DNA of 6,081 bases, from the IMG/VR virus record IMGVR_UViG_3300020040_000008, positions 1 through 6,081 of that record. One strand, written 5' to 3'. Below the pieces are notes generated by a model that did no database searches, was not told the DNA's origin, and worked only from the letters and a program-made list of their open reading frames with translations. Below, one piece after another: positions 5,017-6,081 of the stretch. The translations under genes and the position numbers were made by a program. The stretch is from a virus. Every line of letters begins with the position of its first letter. Position 1 is the stretch's first letter.

Positions 5017-6081
5017 TTAACGATTAGACAAACGGGTTGCAAACGTCTTGTTTACGAGATTCTTCTTCTGTACTGCGTAAGACAGGTTCACAAAGAAATT
5101 ATCCTCTACATTGGAAGCAAAAGGAGAATTAACCTGCGACATGTCAATGAAAAGCGCAGGATAGTAAAGCTTATCAGTCGAAGTTACAGCGCCCGTGAAG
5201 TAACCAAATCGCCGTTGCTGCACCCAATAAGAATAAAGCGAAACATTACTAGTACTTTGAGGAGAAAACTGACCAAGAACCTCGTCGTAAGACGAACGAA
5301 ACTCGTTAAAACAAGGCTCTTGAGCCAGCGAAACGTCTTGCACCTGGTTCGATGCGTAGAGCCTATAAAACGGAACACTCTGATAACCTATATCATTGTA
5401 AATAGGGTTGAAGTAATCAGAACCCCGATAATTTAAATAATCAGGTTTAACGCCGGCCCAGTAATACACCGGGCGGATTGATAACATATCGATTAGATAA
5501 CCGGGCTCGCGGAAATAGTAAGACTGTCGACGGCCTAACCTATCGTTGAAAGCAATAGCGCCTCCCTGTTGTCCCAAGGGGCCATTTACGCCCGGACTAG
5601 CGAAATTGTTTTGTCCAGCCTGGTTCATAACAATCTGAACATTGACAGTCTGAGAGGCACTAAAAAGAAGCTTAGGACGATCTACATGCTCAATCTTGGA
5701 AGCAAAGAATGTCTCAAGCCAGTCGCTATAACGACTACCTCCGGCGCCGAGAAGGTCCTTGTATTCCTGAAGGCGAGAAGCAATAGCCAACTGTGGAATA
5801 GTGCTTACTCCGGACATCGAAACGGCCGAGTTCGAGCCTGTCGGAATCAAACGACTAAAACGGTCGGGATTCGAAGGAACGACAGCCATAGGGTGGGCAA
5901 TCTGGAACAACTGATAAAGCGTAGGGGCGGTAGTGAGAGTGGTGGGCGTGAGACTAAATTGAGAATTAGGTCCGGCTGGAGGCAAAGTCCGAGAAGCCAC
6001 CGAGGAAACAGGATAGCCATCGCCGAGTGCTCCAGTATCATTAACAGAGTTGCGCAAATCGGAGGCGATAATCTGCGGAAA
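5017..6081 (-). CDS. VP1: Major capsid protein VP1, C-terminal part. 5961..6081 duplicates 1..121; the true upstream continuation is 856..1
   Basis: The listed 346-aa ORF 5017..6057 has only a nominal TTG start. The frame is open to the window end and matches the first copy of the terminal repeat. Stop TAA at 5019..5017. The sequence is rich in aromatic/Asn/Gln/Ser residues, as expected for a jelly-roll capsid protein. Confidence 0.9.
   Translation of the reverse strand, partial: FPQIIASDLRNSVNDTGALGDGYPVSSVASRTLPPAGPNSQFSLTPTTLTTAPTLYQLFQIAHPMAVVPSNPDRFSRLIPTGSNSAVSMSGVSTIPQLAIASRLQEYKDLLGAGGSRYSDWLETFFASKIEHVDRPKLLFSASQTVNVQIVMNQAGQNNFASPGVNGPLGQQGGAIAFNDRLGRRQSYYFREPGYLIDMLSIRPVYYWAGVKPDYLNYRGSDYFNPIYNDIGYQSVPFYRLYASNQVQDVSLAQEPCFNEFRSSYDEVLGQFSPQSTSNVSLYSYWVQQRRFGYFTGAVTSTDKLYYPALFIDMSQVNSPFASNVEDNFFVNLSYAVQKKNLVNKTFATRLSNR
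5961..6081. repeat. Terminal direct repeat, copy 2; identical to 1..121
   Basis: Same comparison as copy 1. It implies a unit circle of 5,960 nt. Confidence 0.95.

Noticed and set aside
1-6081. Search for tRNA, CRISPR repeats, transposase/integrase genes, and toxin-antitoxin or defence modules
   Set aside because: There are no cloverleaf-compatible segments, no spaced direct repeats beyond the terminal overlap and the TACTCTA pair, and no ORF with recombinase, nuclease-defence or toxin motifs. All coding capacity is accounted for by a microvirus gene set plus small orphans.

Overview
The window is one complete, circularly permuted genome of a small ssDNA phage of the family Microviridae, of the non-phiX gokushovirus/alpavirus-like kind. 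Bases 1..121 are identical to 5961..6081, which is an assembly overlap, so the unit genome is 5,960 nt. All credible genes lie on the window's minus strand and are tightly packed. In transcription order they are: major capsid protein VP1 (856->1, continuing 5960->5017; 599 aa, split by the linearisation point), an acidic 98-aa ORF, a terminator-like inverted repeat, a 63-aa predicted lipoprotein, the VP2 pilot/minor capsid protein (426 aa), two orphan ORFs (106 and 107 aa), a 238-nt GC-rich hairpin-dense non-coding block, a 66-aa ORF, and the HUH rolling-circle replication initiator VP4 (356 aa), whose stop lies 3 nt before the VP1 start. No tRNA, rRNA, CRISPR array, transposase or integrase is visible. 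No start codon has a Shine-Dalgarno sequence, upstream regions are A/T-rich, and a Bacteroides-type -33/-7 promoter match sits before rep; together these suggest a Bacteroidota host (inference). The points most worth a second look are the structured non-coding block, which contains a perfect three-way junction and is bounded by 7-nt direct repeats, and the small lipoprotein ORF, a candidate lysis or superinfection-exclusion factor. Also notable are two terminator-like elements that partition the single transcription direction, and hydrophobic ORFs overprinted on VP2 and on the acidic ORF. Protein identities rest on motifs read by eye and remembered family features; no homology search was possible.
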